Below, in pieces: positions 8,671 to 17,340 of a DNA stretch of 41,038 nt (positions are counted from its first letter, which is position 1; every line of letters begins with the position of its first letter). The translations under genes were made by a program, and so were the position numbers. Under the pieces are notes generated by a model. The model made no database searches. It saw nothing but the letters and a program-made list of their open reading frames with translations, and was not told the origin of the DNA. The stretch is taken from NCBI GenBank assembly GCA_030615805.1, contig JAUWYN010000001.1, positions 1 through 41,038 of the forward strand. Direction: 5' to 3'. This DNA is from Hadesarchaea archaeon (lineage in GTDB: Archaea > Hadarchaeota > Hadarchaeia > Hadarchaeales > Hadarchaeaceae).

Positions 8671-8850
8671 TCACTCCACCTCGCCGAGAATCGTAACTTT
8701 TATCTCCGCCTTCCCCCCGCGCGGCACCGCGAGCGTCTTGCTGCACACCTTACATCTGACGACGGAGCTAACATGGCTGTACACCAACTGTTCGTTCCCG
8801 CAATCACTGCACCTGACCCTCAAAAACCTCGAACGCTGTTTTTCCGGCAT
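8671..8850 (-). CDS. rps27e: Ribosomal protein S27e (59 aa), below the ORF-track cut-off
   Basis: Hand translation: [60 protein letters not shown]4 zinc ribbon typical of eS27. Confidence 0.9.
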   Translation of the reverse strand: MPEKQRSRFLRVRCSDCGNEQLVYSHVSSVVRCKVCSKTLAVPRGGKAEIKVTILGEVE

Positions 8851-8858
8851 TTCCCCAC

Positions 8859-9137
8859 TTACTCCTCAAACTTCACACTCTTCGCCCTGAAACCGCGGTG
8901 GGGGTGGGATTTCCTGCAGACGTTGCACTTGAGCATCAAGACGACTTTTTTTGCCGTCTTTGCAAATTTCTTCTGCTCAGACCTCGGCTGGCTGCCATAA
9001 CCGGACGTGACGCGCCCGAACTGACGCTGCCCCCAGCTCAACGGGCGGGCGGGGCGTTTTTTTAGCTGAGAAACGCTATGCTCCGTGTGCTTCCTACAGG
9101 ACGGGCAATAGGTGCGGAGTTTTTTTGGGATTATCAT
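8859..9137 (-). CDS. rpl44e: Ribosomal protein L44e (eL42)
   Basis: [27 protein letters not shown]...KCNVCRKSH matches the L44e zinc-ribbon pattern. The internal ATG at 9137 is preferred, because the ORF-track start at 9221 overlaps the GINS gene. Confidence 0.88.
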   Translation of the reverse strand: MIIPKKLRTYCPSCRKHTEHSVSQLKKRPARPLSWGQRQFGRVTSGYGSQPRSEQKKFAKTAKKVVLMLKCNVCRKSHPHRGFRAKSVKFEE

Positions 9138-9186
9138 ACAATCTCTCGAAAAACTTCGGCCTCTTCCCCAAAAAGGGTATCGCCGA

Positions 9187-9738
9187 CTAAACCTTGACCT
9201 CAATTTTTCTCGCGAGGCCATGATTCACCATGAGCTCGGCGCTGCGCCTCGGCAGGCTGGTTATCTCGCCTTTCTTGAACGGTCCATATTGTCGGAGGTC
9301 GTCGCCGACTATGGGTGGAACCTCGGTCTGCACGATCAATAAAACATTTGTTATCTCGCGAGGCGCCGCGAGCTCCGTCTTCCCAGTCATCGTTGAGGAG
9401 ACGAACTCGGTGTAAAGTTTCTCCAGGCTCTGCCTTATCTCGCTGAATGCGTAGCGCTCGCGTTCCAACAGGGGGGCCGGCAGCCTCCCCTGAGCTATTT
9501 CATCTATGCCTTTAAACACTCGAGAGAGGTGGATCTCCTGTACCATCCAAAACACGTTTTGGAGTTCCTCCTGCAGCAACTCCCCCCGCAGGGATTCGCT
9601 GTGCTTGAGCTCGAAGTTCAGCTGCGCCACGTATCTGGCTGCATTTTGGTAGAATTCGTCTGGAATCTCCACGAGCTCGCGTGAAGTTTTTTCAGCCAGC
9701 CACACCTGCTTCACGTCCTCATACGAAAATTCAGCCAT
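9187..9738 (-). CDS. GINS subunit, Gins51-type (A domain then B domain)
   Basis: The helical N-terminal half (IPDEFYQNAARYV...) followed by a small beta C-terminal domain gives the Gins51 domain order. Its ATG overlaps the priS stop (TGATG). Adjacency to priS matches the priS-gins51 linkage known from Sulfolobus. Confidence 0.7.
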   Translation of the reverse strand: MAEFSYEDVKQVWLAEKTSRELVEIPDEFYQNAARYVAQLNFELKHSESLRGELLQEELQNVFWMVQEIHLSRVFKGIDEIAQGRLPAPLLERERYAFSEIRQSLEKLYTEFVSSTMTGKTELAAPREITNVLLIVQTEVPPIVGDDLRQYGPFKKGEITSLPRRSAELMVNHGLARKIEVKV

Positions 9739-10694
9739 CAACGTCCACGCTCACGTACAAATTTCGGGACTGCGTCTTCCAGCTTGAAACACCCCATATC
9801 TCGCACAAGCATACATTTCATGCTGACGCCGGAGTGTAGGCTCGAGGGCAAACGCAAGATGCGCTTTGTGTCTATTGTGACCTTCCCATCTGTGAACTCC
9901 GAGTTCAGCCTAACCAAAAATTCCAAGAGTTGCCGAAAGGTCTTTGGGCCAAGCCCTCCAAGCGTGGAAAGCTCATCCAATTTTCCCCTGCGTATCATAC
10001 CTAGAACCCTCTCCTTCTCTGCCATGAGCTTTTGGACCACCGACTTTCTTAGTCCACGAGCTTTCGAAAGCCGCTGTTCGTCCACCCCCTCAAAGGTCCG
10101 CGCGAGGCGCTCCCTGAACACCTTAGAATAGCCGAGCGCCATCGTGACATCGGTTGGAATCACGCCACCGGTGATGTACTCAACGATTTGGGCCCGCTCG
10201 GTCTGCTCCAGCGTCATTATCGCGTCGTCGATTACTCGGATGTGAAAGCCGCGGCCGGAATATGCAAAGTTAATGTTGCGCAGCCCCAGGTCCTTGCTCA
10301 GAGTTTCAGCAAACTCCATCGCGATCCGACGGGCCTCATCGATGCATCGTTCACAAACGCTCCCGGGGGCACAGCCACAACTCTTCAAGGGGAGGTCCTT
10401 TGCGTCGATGTCTAAAGCAAGTTCGGATTTCATCCACCCCTTCCGCATCGACGGTTGCTCGTAAAGCGCGACGCTGGCGAATACGGAATAGGGAGCCCTG
10501 TTCTGTAAATACTCCGCCAGCTGCTCGACTGTCATGAACTGATTGTACCTGTGGCTCGGCCCTGTGCCATCCAGATCGAACCCGAACTCGCGGAGTGAGA
10601 GGGTGTGCAGGATGAAATCGGGCAACTCGCGTTTGTTCCATTCTTCAGAGTAAAATTGCCTTCGCTCCTCGAGGGTTGCTTCATGCATTTCCAT
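9738..10694 (-). CDS. priS: DNA primase small (catalytic) subunit PriS
   Basis: AEP motifs are present: LALDIDAKD (DxD), YSGRGFHIRV (SGxGxH) and TIDTKRILRLPSSLHS. The ATG at 10694 lies 2 nt after the priL stop. Confidence 0.88.
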   Translation of the reverse strand: MEMHEATLEERRQFYSEEWNKRELPDFILHTLSLREFGFDLDGTGPSHRYNQFMTVEQLAEYLQNRAPYSVFASVALYEQPSMRKGWMKSELALDIDAKDLPLKSCGCAPGSVCERCIDEARRIAMEFAETLSKDLGLRNINFAYSGRGFHIRVIDDAIMTLEQTERAQIVEYITGGVIPTDVTMALGYSKVFRERLARTFEGVDEQRLSKARGLRKSVVQKLMAEKERVLGMIRRGKLDELSTLGGLGPKTFRQLLEFLVRLNSEFTDGKVTIDTKRILRLPSSLHSGVSMKCMLVRDMGCFKLEDAVPKFVRERGR

Positions 10695-10695
10695 T

Positions 10696-11967
10696 TTACC
10701 CACCCGCGCCTGACCTCGCGTGCTCGAATAACCTTCTAAAGTAATAGGTGAGCGGATTCTTTATCTTACGACAAAGCTCATCCGGATCGCAGAGCGGTGC
10801 GGCCGACAGCAGTATTTTCGAGCAATTCGGTACACGGTACCATTTCGATTTTCCGCTGCTCTCTAAGCGGGGCTCGGTCGTCATTCCGAACCCGAGATGG
10901 TAGTAAATGTTCGCCTTTTCTTGGGGTTGATCCTTGAAAAACGGGGGTTTGCATCGCTCGGCCGCATCGAAGATTGGCGCCGCAATCTCATCCCGAATGA
11001 CCGAAATGTCCCTGATGAAATCACCGATTCGGTTGGCGGCCCTGCCTGAGGGAGAAGCACGCGCATACGAGAGAAATGAAGTCAACAGGACGGTGATCGC
11101 GTAGTTCCTCACCCCGGAGCCGACCCCACCTATAGCTATCTTCACGCATGGGGGGAAGAACTCTAGGCGAAGCTTTCCTTCCGGCACGCGCGCAAACCTC
11201 TCGCGAAGCCCGAGCTCTGGAGGCAAAAGTGATGATATGTGTTCGCCAACTTCGGTAAGCCGCTTGGATGGTGCCCCGATGTCGGAGAAGCGCTCGTATA
11301 CCGATGCCACGTATTCCTCGGTTCGCACGGCTATGAAATTTGAAAAGAGGTCCCAGAGATCGCGGGGGGTGATTACCGCCCTCCCGTTCACCAGGTAGAG
11401 CTTCGTTAGTTCAGCGCGTCGATGCCTGAGCAGGGGTGCAAGGTCCGTCCAGCGCACCGCATACCTTGGTAAATACTGTGGAAGTAGGCGGTCGTCTATG
11501 GTCTCTATGCCGTCCTCCGCGAGGCGTCGGTCGCGCATCTTGTAGAGGTCCTCCCGCGGAATCTCCACGCCACCGAGCTTGACCCCATCTCCACCCTCCA
11601 GCTGGATGAGCTTGATCGAACGACTAACCACGTCCAAGCACAAATCCTCGTGACCGCGCTTGAAAAGGTCGTACATGCGATACTTGATTGTTTCCTTGGT
11701 CGCGTCACTTATCAGGCGGGCCTCGCGTGAGTAAGGGTACGACACTGCTGCCACTCCCTGACACATGAGGTAAAAGGAGAGCACATCAGCCCGAATTGTC
11801 CCAGCGTCGGGCCCGACCACCATGTCCTTGCTCGACCACTTCACGCGTGCGATGGCTCGATCGACTATTTCCTGTGGCATCGAATCCAGTGGGGGTGATG
11901 TCTCCACCAGCTTCTTTGCCTCCGCTGCAAATGGATCTAGCGTTGACACATACTCGGGAACGATCAA
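10696..11967 (-). CDS. priL: DNA primase large subunit PriL
   Basis: Length and motifs fit, including the FeS-domain region FFPPCVKIAIGG and C-terminal Cys residues. It lies immediately upstream of priS. Confidence 0.85.
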   Translation of the reverse strand: MIVPEYVSTLDPFAAEAKKLVETSPPLDSMPQEIVDRAIARVKWSSKDMVVGPDAGTIRADVLSFYLMCQGVAAVSYPYSREARLISDATKETIKYRMYDLFKRGHEDLCLDVVSRSIKLIQLEGGDGVKLGGVEIPREDLYKMRDRRLAEDGIETIDDRLLPQYLPRYAVRWTDLAPLLRHRRAELTKLYLVNGRAVITPRDLWDLFSNFIAVRTEEYVASVYERFSDIGAPSKRLTEVGEHISSLLPPELGLRERFARVPEGKLRLEFFPPCVKIAIGGVGSGVRNYAITVLLTSFLSYARASPSGRAANRIGDFIRDISVIRDEIAAPIFDAAERCKPPFFKDQPQEKANIYYHLGFGMTTEPRLESSGKSKWYRVPNCSKILLSAAPLCDPDELCRKIKNPLTYYFRRLFEHARSGAGG

Positions 11968-12039
11968 GGCCCAGCCTCACCAACGGTTTATTCTTGAATA
12001 ATTTGGCGCCATCGCATTTAATCATTGGGGACGATAAAG

Positions 12040-12795
12040 TTATTCCGCCTCAATCCTCGGGGCCAACAAGAACCGTAGTCTGCCCTTACCCTCGGCGACC
12101 TGCAAGTCTAGCTGAATCGGCAGGTCCGTGCCCAAGTTGATGGTGATGATGTCCGATGGCCCCACTGCCTTTGCCATGTCGCTGAGATATTTTATGTTGA
12201 ACATCGCGTGCGCCGGTTGTTTGACGCTGAGCTTCGGCAGCGCCTGATCGCCCTTGCGCAGTCTGAGCTCGGAGGTGCCCTTATCGCTCTCAGCTGAAAG
12301 GAAAAATCCATCTTCACCCAATTCGAATTTTACGTTGTCTCCCACGATCTCGGCGTCCTTCAATCCGTCTTGGATCACCCCCGCTACCACATCGGCGGTC
12401 GCGGTGAACTGAAGCTTTGGCTCGGGCAACTCCGCCTCGCTTATATCAATGAGCGGCAAGCTGAGGCGCCTCGTCGATGCACCCTTGAACGTGAGGGTCA
12501 AACGATTTTTCTCTTCGTCGAGCTCGAGGGTCAGCTCATCCTCGGCCTTGGCGCGTGCAAGGATCTTGTTCATCTCGGTGAGACCTATGCCTAAAGTCAT
12601 TGGTTGCTTGACCTTGTACTCCTCGAACGCCGACGCCGGCAACTCGAAATCCAACAGCGCAACGTGCGAGGGGTCCATCGCCTTCATTTTGATGCCCTCG
12701 GGGGTGAACTTGAATGCCGCCTCGTCGATGAGGTTCACCATCGCACCCACGCATGTCTTCCAAGTCTTCGAATCCGCCATTCGTGCACTCACCAT
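12040..12795 (-). CDS. pcn: PCNA sliding clamp
   Basis: LIDEAAFKFTPEGIKMKAMDPSHVALLDFELP is typical of archaeal PCNA. Length is 251 aa. Confidence 0.9.
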   Translation of the reverse strand: MVSARMADSKTWKTCVGAMVNLIDEAAFKFTPEGIKMKAMDPSHVALLDFELPASAFEEYKVKQPMTLGIGLTEMNKILARAKAEDELTLELDEEKNRLTLTFKGASTRRLSLPLIDISEAELPEPKLQFTATADVVAGVIQDGLKDAEIVGDNVKFELGEDGFFLSAESDKGTSELRLRKGDQALPKLSVKQPAHAMFNIKYLSDMAKAVGPSDIITINLGTDLPIQLDLQVAEGKGRLRFLLAPRIEAE

Positions 12796-12796
12796 T

Positions 12797-13150
12797 TCAC
12801 TTTGCCTCCTCGATCTCCTTTTCCAATTTTTTTACCTCACGTCTGACCTCCTCATACAATCCTAGGTCCAGCCCATCGACTTTCTGGACGATCTCGGCCC
12901 GCAGCTCGTGGGCACCGGCAACGTTCAGCGGCGTCCCGAACACCCTGACCCTCGAGCCTACCCCCACGCCCTCGACCACCGCTGGGTCATCGAAGACCAC
13001 GGTGAGGCGACCGGAGCCATCGTCGAGCATGAACTCGGCTTCCTTTTTATCAACAACCAGGCCAACCACCCTCACCTGCTCATCGCCTATTTTTATCTCG
13101 GAGATTTTTCTGCTTCTCGCCGGTCTTCTGCGCGGCCGAAGTTCCTCCAT
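12797..13150 (-). CDS. Small OB-fold nucleic-acid-binding protein (RPA-like) with a coiled C-terminal tail
   Basis: VRVVGLVVDKKEAEFMLDDGSGRLTVVF...GSRVRVFG resembles a tRNA_anti-codon/RPA-type OB fold. It is separated by 1 nt from the pcn start. Confidence 0.55.
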   Translation of the reverse strand: MEELRPRRRPARSRKISEIKIGDEQVRVVGLVVDKKEAEFMLDDGSGRLTVVFDDPAVVEGVGVGSRVRVFGTPLNVAGAHELRAEIVQKVDGLDLGLYEEVRREVKKLEKEIEEAK

Positions 13151-13208
13151 GCTTAGATCTCCATTCTTTTATCATATCTCTCTTTTACGTTTTAATCCCA
13201 TCTCATGT

Positions 13209-13535
13209 TTATGAATATTCCCTCCAGGTGTGACCACACTTTGCGCAGCGATAGAACCGTGTCGTTGCTTCGTCTGCTGCACGTGTCTGCCGCAGCCACC
13301 AATAGGCTGTGTCGTGCCCGCATTTTGAACATTTGGCTCTGGTTGTCGGCAGCGCCGGTTTCGCCTCCTCTTCTATCACCGTTACCATCTCCTCCCTCTC
13401 GGCCGGTTTGACGACTTTGTACTCCTCCAATTTTGCCCCTTTTGTAGCATAACCACATGCATTGCAAACCAAAACTGGGCCCTCCTTGATTTGCTTGGGT
13501 AACATCAGGCCCCCACACTTCGGGCAGAACTGCAT
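13209..13535 (-). CDS. tfs: Transcription factor S (TFS / RpoM-like)
   Basis: N-terminal Zn ribbon MQFCPKCGGLM and C-terminal ribbon CSKCGHDTAYWWLRQTRAADEATTRFYRCAKCGHTW, which carries the acidic loop. Confidence 0.9.
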   Translation of the reverse strand: MQFCPKCGGLMLPKQIKEGPVLVCNACGYATKGAKLEEYKVVKPAEREEMVTVIEEEAKPALPTTRAKCSKCGHDTAYWWLRQTRAADEATTRFYRCAKCGHTWREYS

Positions 13536-13539
13536 GCAC

Positions 13540-13932
13540 TCACCTAAACCTCACATCTTTTAAAATTCGTGCATGATCGAAAGCAAGCTCGCGCCAAGGG
13601 ATGTGCTTGAAAATTTTTACGTCTCGAGCGTCGCTGCTTGCCCTTAACCTGCCGCCCGCCCGTCTTGCCGAAAAGCATACGCTGACGACGTGGCCTCGCG
13701 GGTCGCGCTTTGGATCTGAGTACACGCCCACGAGCTTCTTCAACTTAACTCTTAAACCTGTCTCCTCCCTCGCCTCGCGCGCCGCCGCGTCTTCGACCCT
13801 TTCGCCATAGCGCACGAAGCCGCCAGGCAAAGCCCACCTCCCCCTATATGGCTCATTCCTTCGCTTGATCAACACCACGCCCCCGGGGGTTCGGATGATG
13901 ACGTCGACCACAAGCATTGGGTGCCGCCTCAT
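13540..13932 (-). CDS. NUDIX hydrolase
   Basis: Nudix box GGFVRYGERVEDAAAREAREETGL. Confidence 0.85.
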   Translation of the reverse strand: MRRHPMLVVDVIIRTPGGVVLIKRRNEPYRGRWALPGGFVRYGERVEDAAAREAREETGLRVKLKKLVGVYSDPKRDPRGHVVSVCFSARRAGGRLRASSDARDVKIFKHIPWRELAFDHARILKDVRFR

Positions 13933-13936
13933 GCCA

Positions 13937-14491
13937 TCAGCTCCCCTGGAACCAGAGCGATAGGTGGCCGAGCTCCGGGATCACGAAAATTACCTTGCCC
14001 CTAATTTGTTCGGGTTTTATTGACCCCTCCACCGGCAAGAGCCCCGCATTGCCGTCTCCCTTCGTCGTTGACCGGGCCCCCCCGTTCTCGTTCCTTATAT
14101 CTACGACCCGGTGGACAAGCGGGAACCGTTGGCCCGTGTCAAACATTATTACGTCACCTATCGAGATCTCCGTGACGGAACCCACACCTTGGATGACGAG
14201 CATGTCTCCGCGCTCGAACCCGCCCTGAAGTGGAAATTGGTAGGAATTATCACCGCGCGTCTCAAAATATTCTCTCCAACTCTCATCGTCATGCTTCATG
14301 CTGTTGGACACGACCGCCATCCAGTACGTGTCGGTCCGCAGGGCCAAGACCAAGACGCCACTCACGCCAAAATAGAGGATTGCTAGAATCAAGATGAATT
14401 CCAGCACCTCTCGGACTATCTTGCGGCCAAATATCCTCGCTGCAAATCTTTTAACCACGCGTGACTTCTTCCGTAATTTTTTCCTTGGCAA
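13937..14491 (-). CDS. Signal peptidase I, archaeal/Sec11 type (S26B)
   Basis: N-terminal TM segment and the motifs SNSM, GDMLVIQG, HRV and TKGDGN. Confidence 0.8.
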   Translation of the reverse strand: MPRKKLRKKSRVVKRFAARIFGRKIVREVLEFILILAILYFGVSGVLVLALRTDTYWMAVVSNSMKHDDESWREYFETRGDNSYQFPLQGGFERGDMLVIQGVGSVTEISIGDVIMFDTGQRFPLVHRVVDIRNENGGARSTTKGDGNAGLLPVEGSIKPEQIRGKVIFVIPELGHLSLWFQGS

Positions 14492-14492
14492 A

Positions 14493-15098
14493 CTAGGCCC
14501 TCCCGTAACTTTCGCCGCGCACCATGGCTGTGGCGATTAAGTGCGCGACCCTCAACGGCTCTGGGATAAGGCTACGTGTCGAAGTCAATTTTACAACCTG
14601 CTCAACATCGGCACGTCTCATGCCGACGAACTGCACGCAAATGGGCGCCGCTCGACGTTTAGTCCTCACTGAATAAATCTTGCCTGAGCCCTTGACTACT
14701 TTCCACCGCTCGCGCCAGTTTGGAAGATGCTTAATTGCCTTCCTGACATCCACCATATTTGGTCGCTCCCTAGAGACGACAATCACCGGCAGACCTGTCT
14801 GTTTGAACACTGACTTGATGTCGAGAACATTAAAACCGGCAAAGGTCACGCCGTCCACCATCACTATTCTGAGCTGCCCCCGGTGGCGGCTTTGGTTGAT
14901 CATTCCGACCACCCGCTCGGTCACGTCAGTGCCGTCCTGCTCGATGGTGGTGCTCAAAACCCCGTCGAGCCATCTGCCCCCCCTGAAAACAACCCCTACG
15001 AGTGGGACTTTCCCTCCCGCACGCGGCTCGAATGGTCCGTCATCTATGCCGAGAATCCTTATCTCTGGCTTTATCCGCCAAAATTTGACTTTTTGCAA
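14493..15098 (-). CDS. DUF99 / UPF0215 family protein (EndoV-like fold)
   Basis: ILGIDDGPF...VMVDGVTFAGFNVLDI...GLPVIVV is typical of the archaeal UPF0215 family. Confidence 0.72.
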   Translation of the reverse strand: MQKVKFWRIKPEIRILGIDDGPFEPRAGGKVPLVGVVFRGGRWLDGVLSTTIEQDGTDVTERVVGMINQSRHRGQLRIVMVDGVTFAGFNVLDIKSVFKQTGLPVIVVSRERPNMVDVRKAIKHLPNWRERWKVVKGSGKIYSVRTKRRAAPICVQFVGMRRADVEQVVKLTSTRSLIPEPLRVAHLIATAMVRGESYGRA

Positions 15099-15127
15099 CT
15101 CATGCCCCCGCGAGGAGCGTTCCGTGG

Positions 15128-15409
15128 TTATTTCTTGAACCCTCGCTGCAGCTGCTTCTGTAGCTCCTTCAACTGTTCCGCTACCCGTCCAGCCGCATCC
15201 GTGAGGGCGCGCTCGGGCGTCTTTCCCTTTTTTGTTTTCACGTAGAACTTGGGGGGTTCGGTGAGGGGATGTTCGATCGCATAGGATGCCGCAACGACGT
15301 GTTTGTCATCGCTCAGGGTCTTGCGCAGGAGGTTGCAGAGGGTGTGCTCCTCCCCCCTTACTTTTATCAGTAGGCTACCCTCACCCTTTTCGACGAGCTC
15401 AAGCTCCAC
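15128..15409 (-). CDS. rpoL: DNA-directed RNA polymerase subunit L (Rpo11)
   Basis: GEEHTLCNLLRKTL...VAASYAIEHPL is the RpoL signature. Length is 93 aa. Confidence 0.85.
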   Translation of the reverse strand: MELELVEKGEGSLLIKVRGEEHTLCNLLRKTLSDDKHVVAASYAIEHPLTEPPKFYVKTKKGKTPERALTDAAGRVAEQLKELQKQLQRGFKK

Positions 15410-15441
15410 AGCTACACCTTACCTAACTTGCCCGTGCCGAC

Positions 15442-15651
15442 TTATGAGGATTGCGGGATTTTGAGGAGCTCCCTTATCTTGCGCTCCAGCTCGCGGGCCT
15501 CATCCTTGGAGCCGAACACTTCTATCTTGAGTGCCCTAGGGCGTGACTCCGCCGCCAAGTCCACTTCCAGCTTTCCGAGCTCCTCCATCAGCGTGACAAG
15601 CTGGGAGGTGTCCTTCACCCGCACGTTGATGGTTCGCTTTCGTTTTTGCAT
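15442..15651 (-). CDS. Small hypothetical protein (69 aa) translationally coupled to csl4
   Basis: MQKRKRTINVRVKDTSQLVTLMEELGKLEVDLAAESRPRALKIEVFGSKDEARELERKIRELLKIPQSS. Its ATG overlaps the csl4 stop (TGATG). No family was recognised. Confidence 0.35.
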   Translation of the reverse strand: MQKRKRTINVRVKDTSQLVTLMEELGKLEVDLAAESRPRALKIEVFGSKDEARELERKIRELLKIPQSS

Positions 15652-16229
15652 CAAAGGGCTCCCTGGCGGTAATCGCTCGCGAGCTTCCTGAACTCTACAT
15701 TGCCACATTCTGAGCAGCGAAGTTTGGAATCCTCTCGCTCGAGCAGCGTGTGGCAGCGCGAGCACGCCGCCACGATCACGCCTAGGTCATCGCTAGCCGT
15801 CGAGAGCTGAACGGGCCCCCTGCGCGCGTTCAGGACCCGCGCGCGAACGATATCGCCAGGTTTGAACTGACGATGCATCTCCTTGACGTAACTGGTATGA
15901 ACCTGTGAGACGTGAATCGTGCCCGTGTTCGGAAGGGGGAGCTCCCGATCTTCGCGCCCACGCAGGACTCCTATGTAAATGTTCGCGCTCTGGTCCCTTA
16001 CATCCTCCACCCGCCCAACCACCACATCACCACTCTTCAGCGCCGGTGGGCCTAGAGCGCTGGAGAAGACCGAGATGTGCTTGGTTCGAACATCGACGAG
16101 CACCACTCCGGTACAGGAGGAATAGATCTTGCTATCCTCCTCGTATGCCCCATCGCCCGGGACGAACTCCTCCGCAGTTGCGAGGAAGTCTCCGGGAACG
16201 ACGAAATCGCCTGTTTTTATTTCTTCCAT
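15651..16229 (-). CDS. csl4: Exosome RNA-binding subunit Csl4
   Basis: N-terminal domain, central S1 domain and a C-terminal Zn ribbon (CSRCHTLLEREDSKLRCSECGN). Confidence 0.85.
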   Translation of the reverse strand: MEEIKTGDFVVPGDFLATAEEFVPGDGAYEEDSKIYSSCTGVVLVDVRTKHISVFSSALGPPALKSGDVVVGRVEDVRDQSANIYIGVLRGREDRELPLPNTGTIHVSQVHTSYVKEMHRQFKPGDIVRARVLNARRGPVQLSTASDDLGVIVAACSRCHTLLEREDSKLRCSECGNVEFRKLASDYRQGAL

Positions 16230-16277
16230 GTTGGTTTCACCTTGACAACTAACCCAACCGAGTTTAAATTACTATCC

Positions 16278-17291
16278 TTAGGCTTGATAGAAATCTCCCT
16301 TGGTTACCTCGTCCATCCGGTAGGGCTGGAACTTTGCCTTTCCAATCATGACTTGGGTTTCAAATGGTGTTAAAACCGGTTGCTCGAATCGCTCCGCGTC
16401 ATCGATAGGTATGCGCGGGCAGGCGGCGCAGATGAACCCATCGAGCCCAAAATCGCCCAGCTCCTCTGGCCTCACCTCATCGACCGTAAGTACATGCGCG
16501 ACCTTACCGGCTAGCTTGAGATCCTCAGCTAGCTTCGCCGCGAGCTTGAAGCGGGCCTGCCCGGGTTTGCTGCTCACGATGACGCCGAACCGCTCGCCCG
16601 CTGCAGCTCGAGCGATCATCGCCTTTCTTCTCCGTTGGAAAGCGTCGACATCCGGGGTGAGTACTTTGAAGCCCTCCGAAATCGGGTTTATGGCTAAAAT
16701 TTGCTTGCCGGTCGCGAGCGCTGCACCCAGTGGGTGAAACTCACCCGTGCCGATGTAAAGAAAACCGTCTACGCGGGTAGCGACCGAGCGGACACAACCG
16801 AAATCACAACCCAAAAGTTGTCCGGGGTACTTCGCCCTCGGTCCCGGCCTGCCGATAAACGGTTTGATCCCGCGCGAGCGGAGGAGCTTCGCGACCCCCC
16901 GCAGGTGGGCAATGTGTTGAACGGTGGTGAGTAGCCCCACGCGCTTGAACTTCAACTCGGGCAGAGCTCGCTCAACCACCCTAAGTTGGTCGGTCGGCAT
17001 GCGCGCCTCGATGTAGAGGGTCGGTAAGCAGGCGGATACCCCCATGTCCGCATGTCCATAGTGAACCAGCACATCACACCCAAGCTGTTTAGCCCTCACA
17101 TCGGCTGGATCACAAGCACCATAACAACTGTCCGCCAACATGAATGTCTCAACGTCCACCTCAGCGAAAGGTTCCACAATTTCTTGCAGGTGCCGCCTCA
17201 ATCCCGCGGGGAGTTGAATCCCCGCTCGCTTCGCTCGATGTTGCCTTAAAAATCGTTTAACTCGCGCCCTTTCGAAATCGTAAAGGTTCAA
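16278..17291 (-). CDS. dph2: Diphthamide synthesis radical-SAM enzyme Dph2
   Basis: Length and the motifs QLPAGLR...ADSCYGACD...HYGHA are typical of archaeal Dph2. Confidence 0.83.
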   Translation of the reverse strand: MNLYDFERARVKRFLRQHRAKRAGIQLPAGLRRHLQEIVEPFAEVDVETFMLADSCYGACDPADVRAKQLGCDVLVHYGHADMGVSACLPTLYIEARMPTDQLRVVERALPELKFKRVGLLTTVQHIAHLRGVAKLLRSRGIKPFIGRPGPRAKYPGQLLGCDFGCVRSVATRVDGFLYIGTGEFHPLGAALATGKQILAINPISEGFKVLTPDVDAFQRRRKAMIARAAAGERFGVIVSSKPGQARFKLAAKLAEDLKLAGKVAHVLTVDEVRPEELGDFGLDGFICAACPRIPIDDAERFEQPVLTPFETQVMIGKAKFQPYRMDEVTKGDFYQA

Positions 17292-17340
17292 ACAACTTTC
17301 ACCATTTATTGGTTAACGTGTAAAGTATAATGAGTATCGT

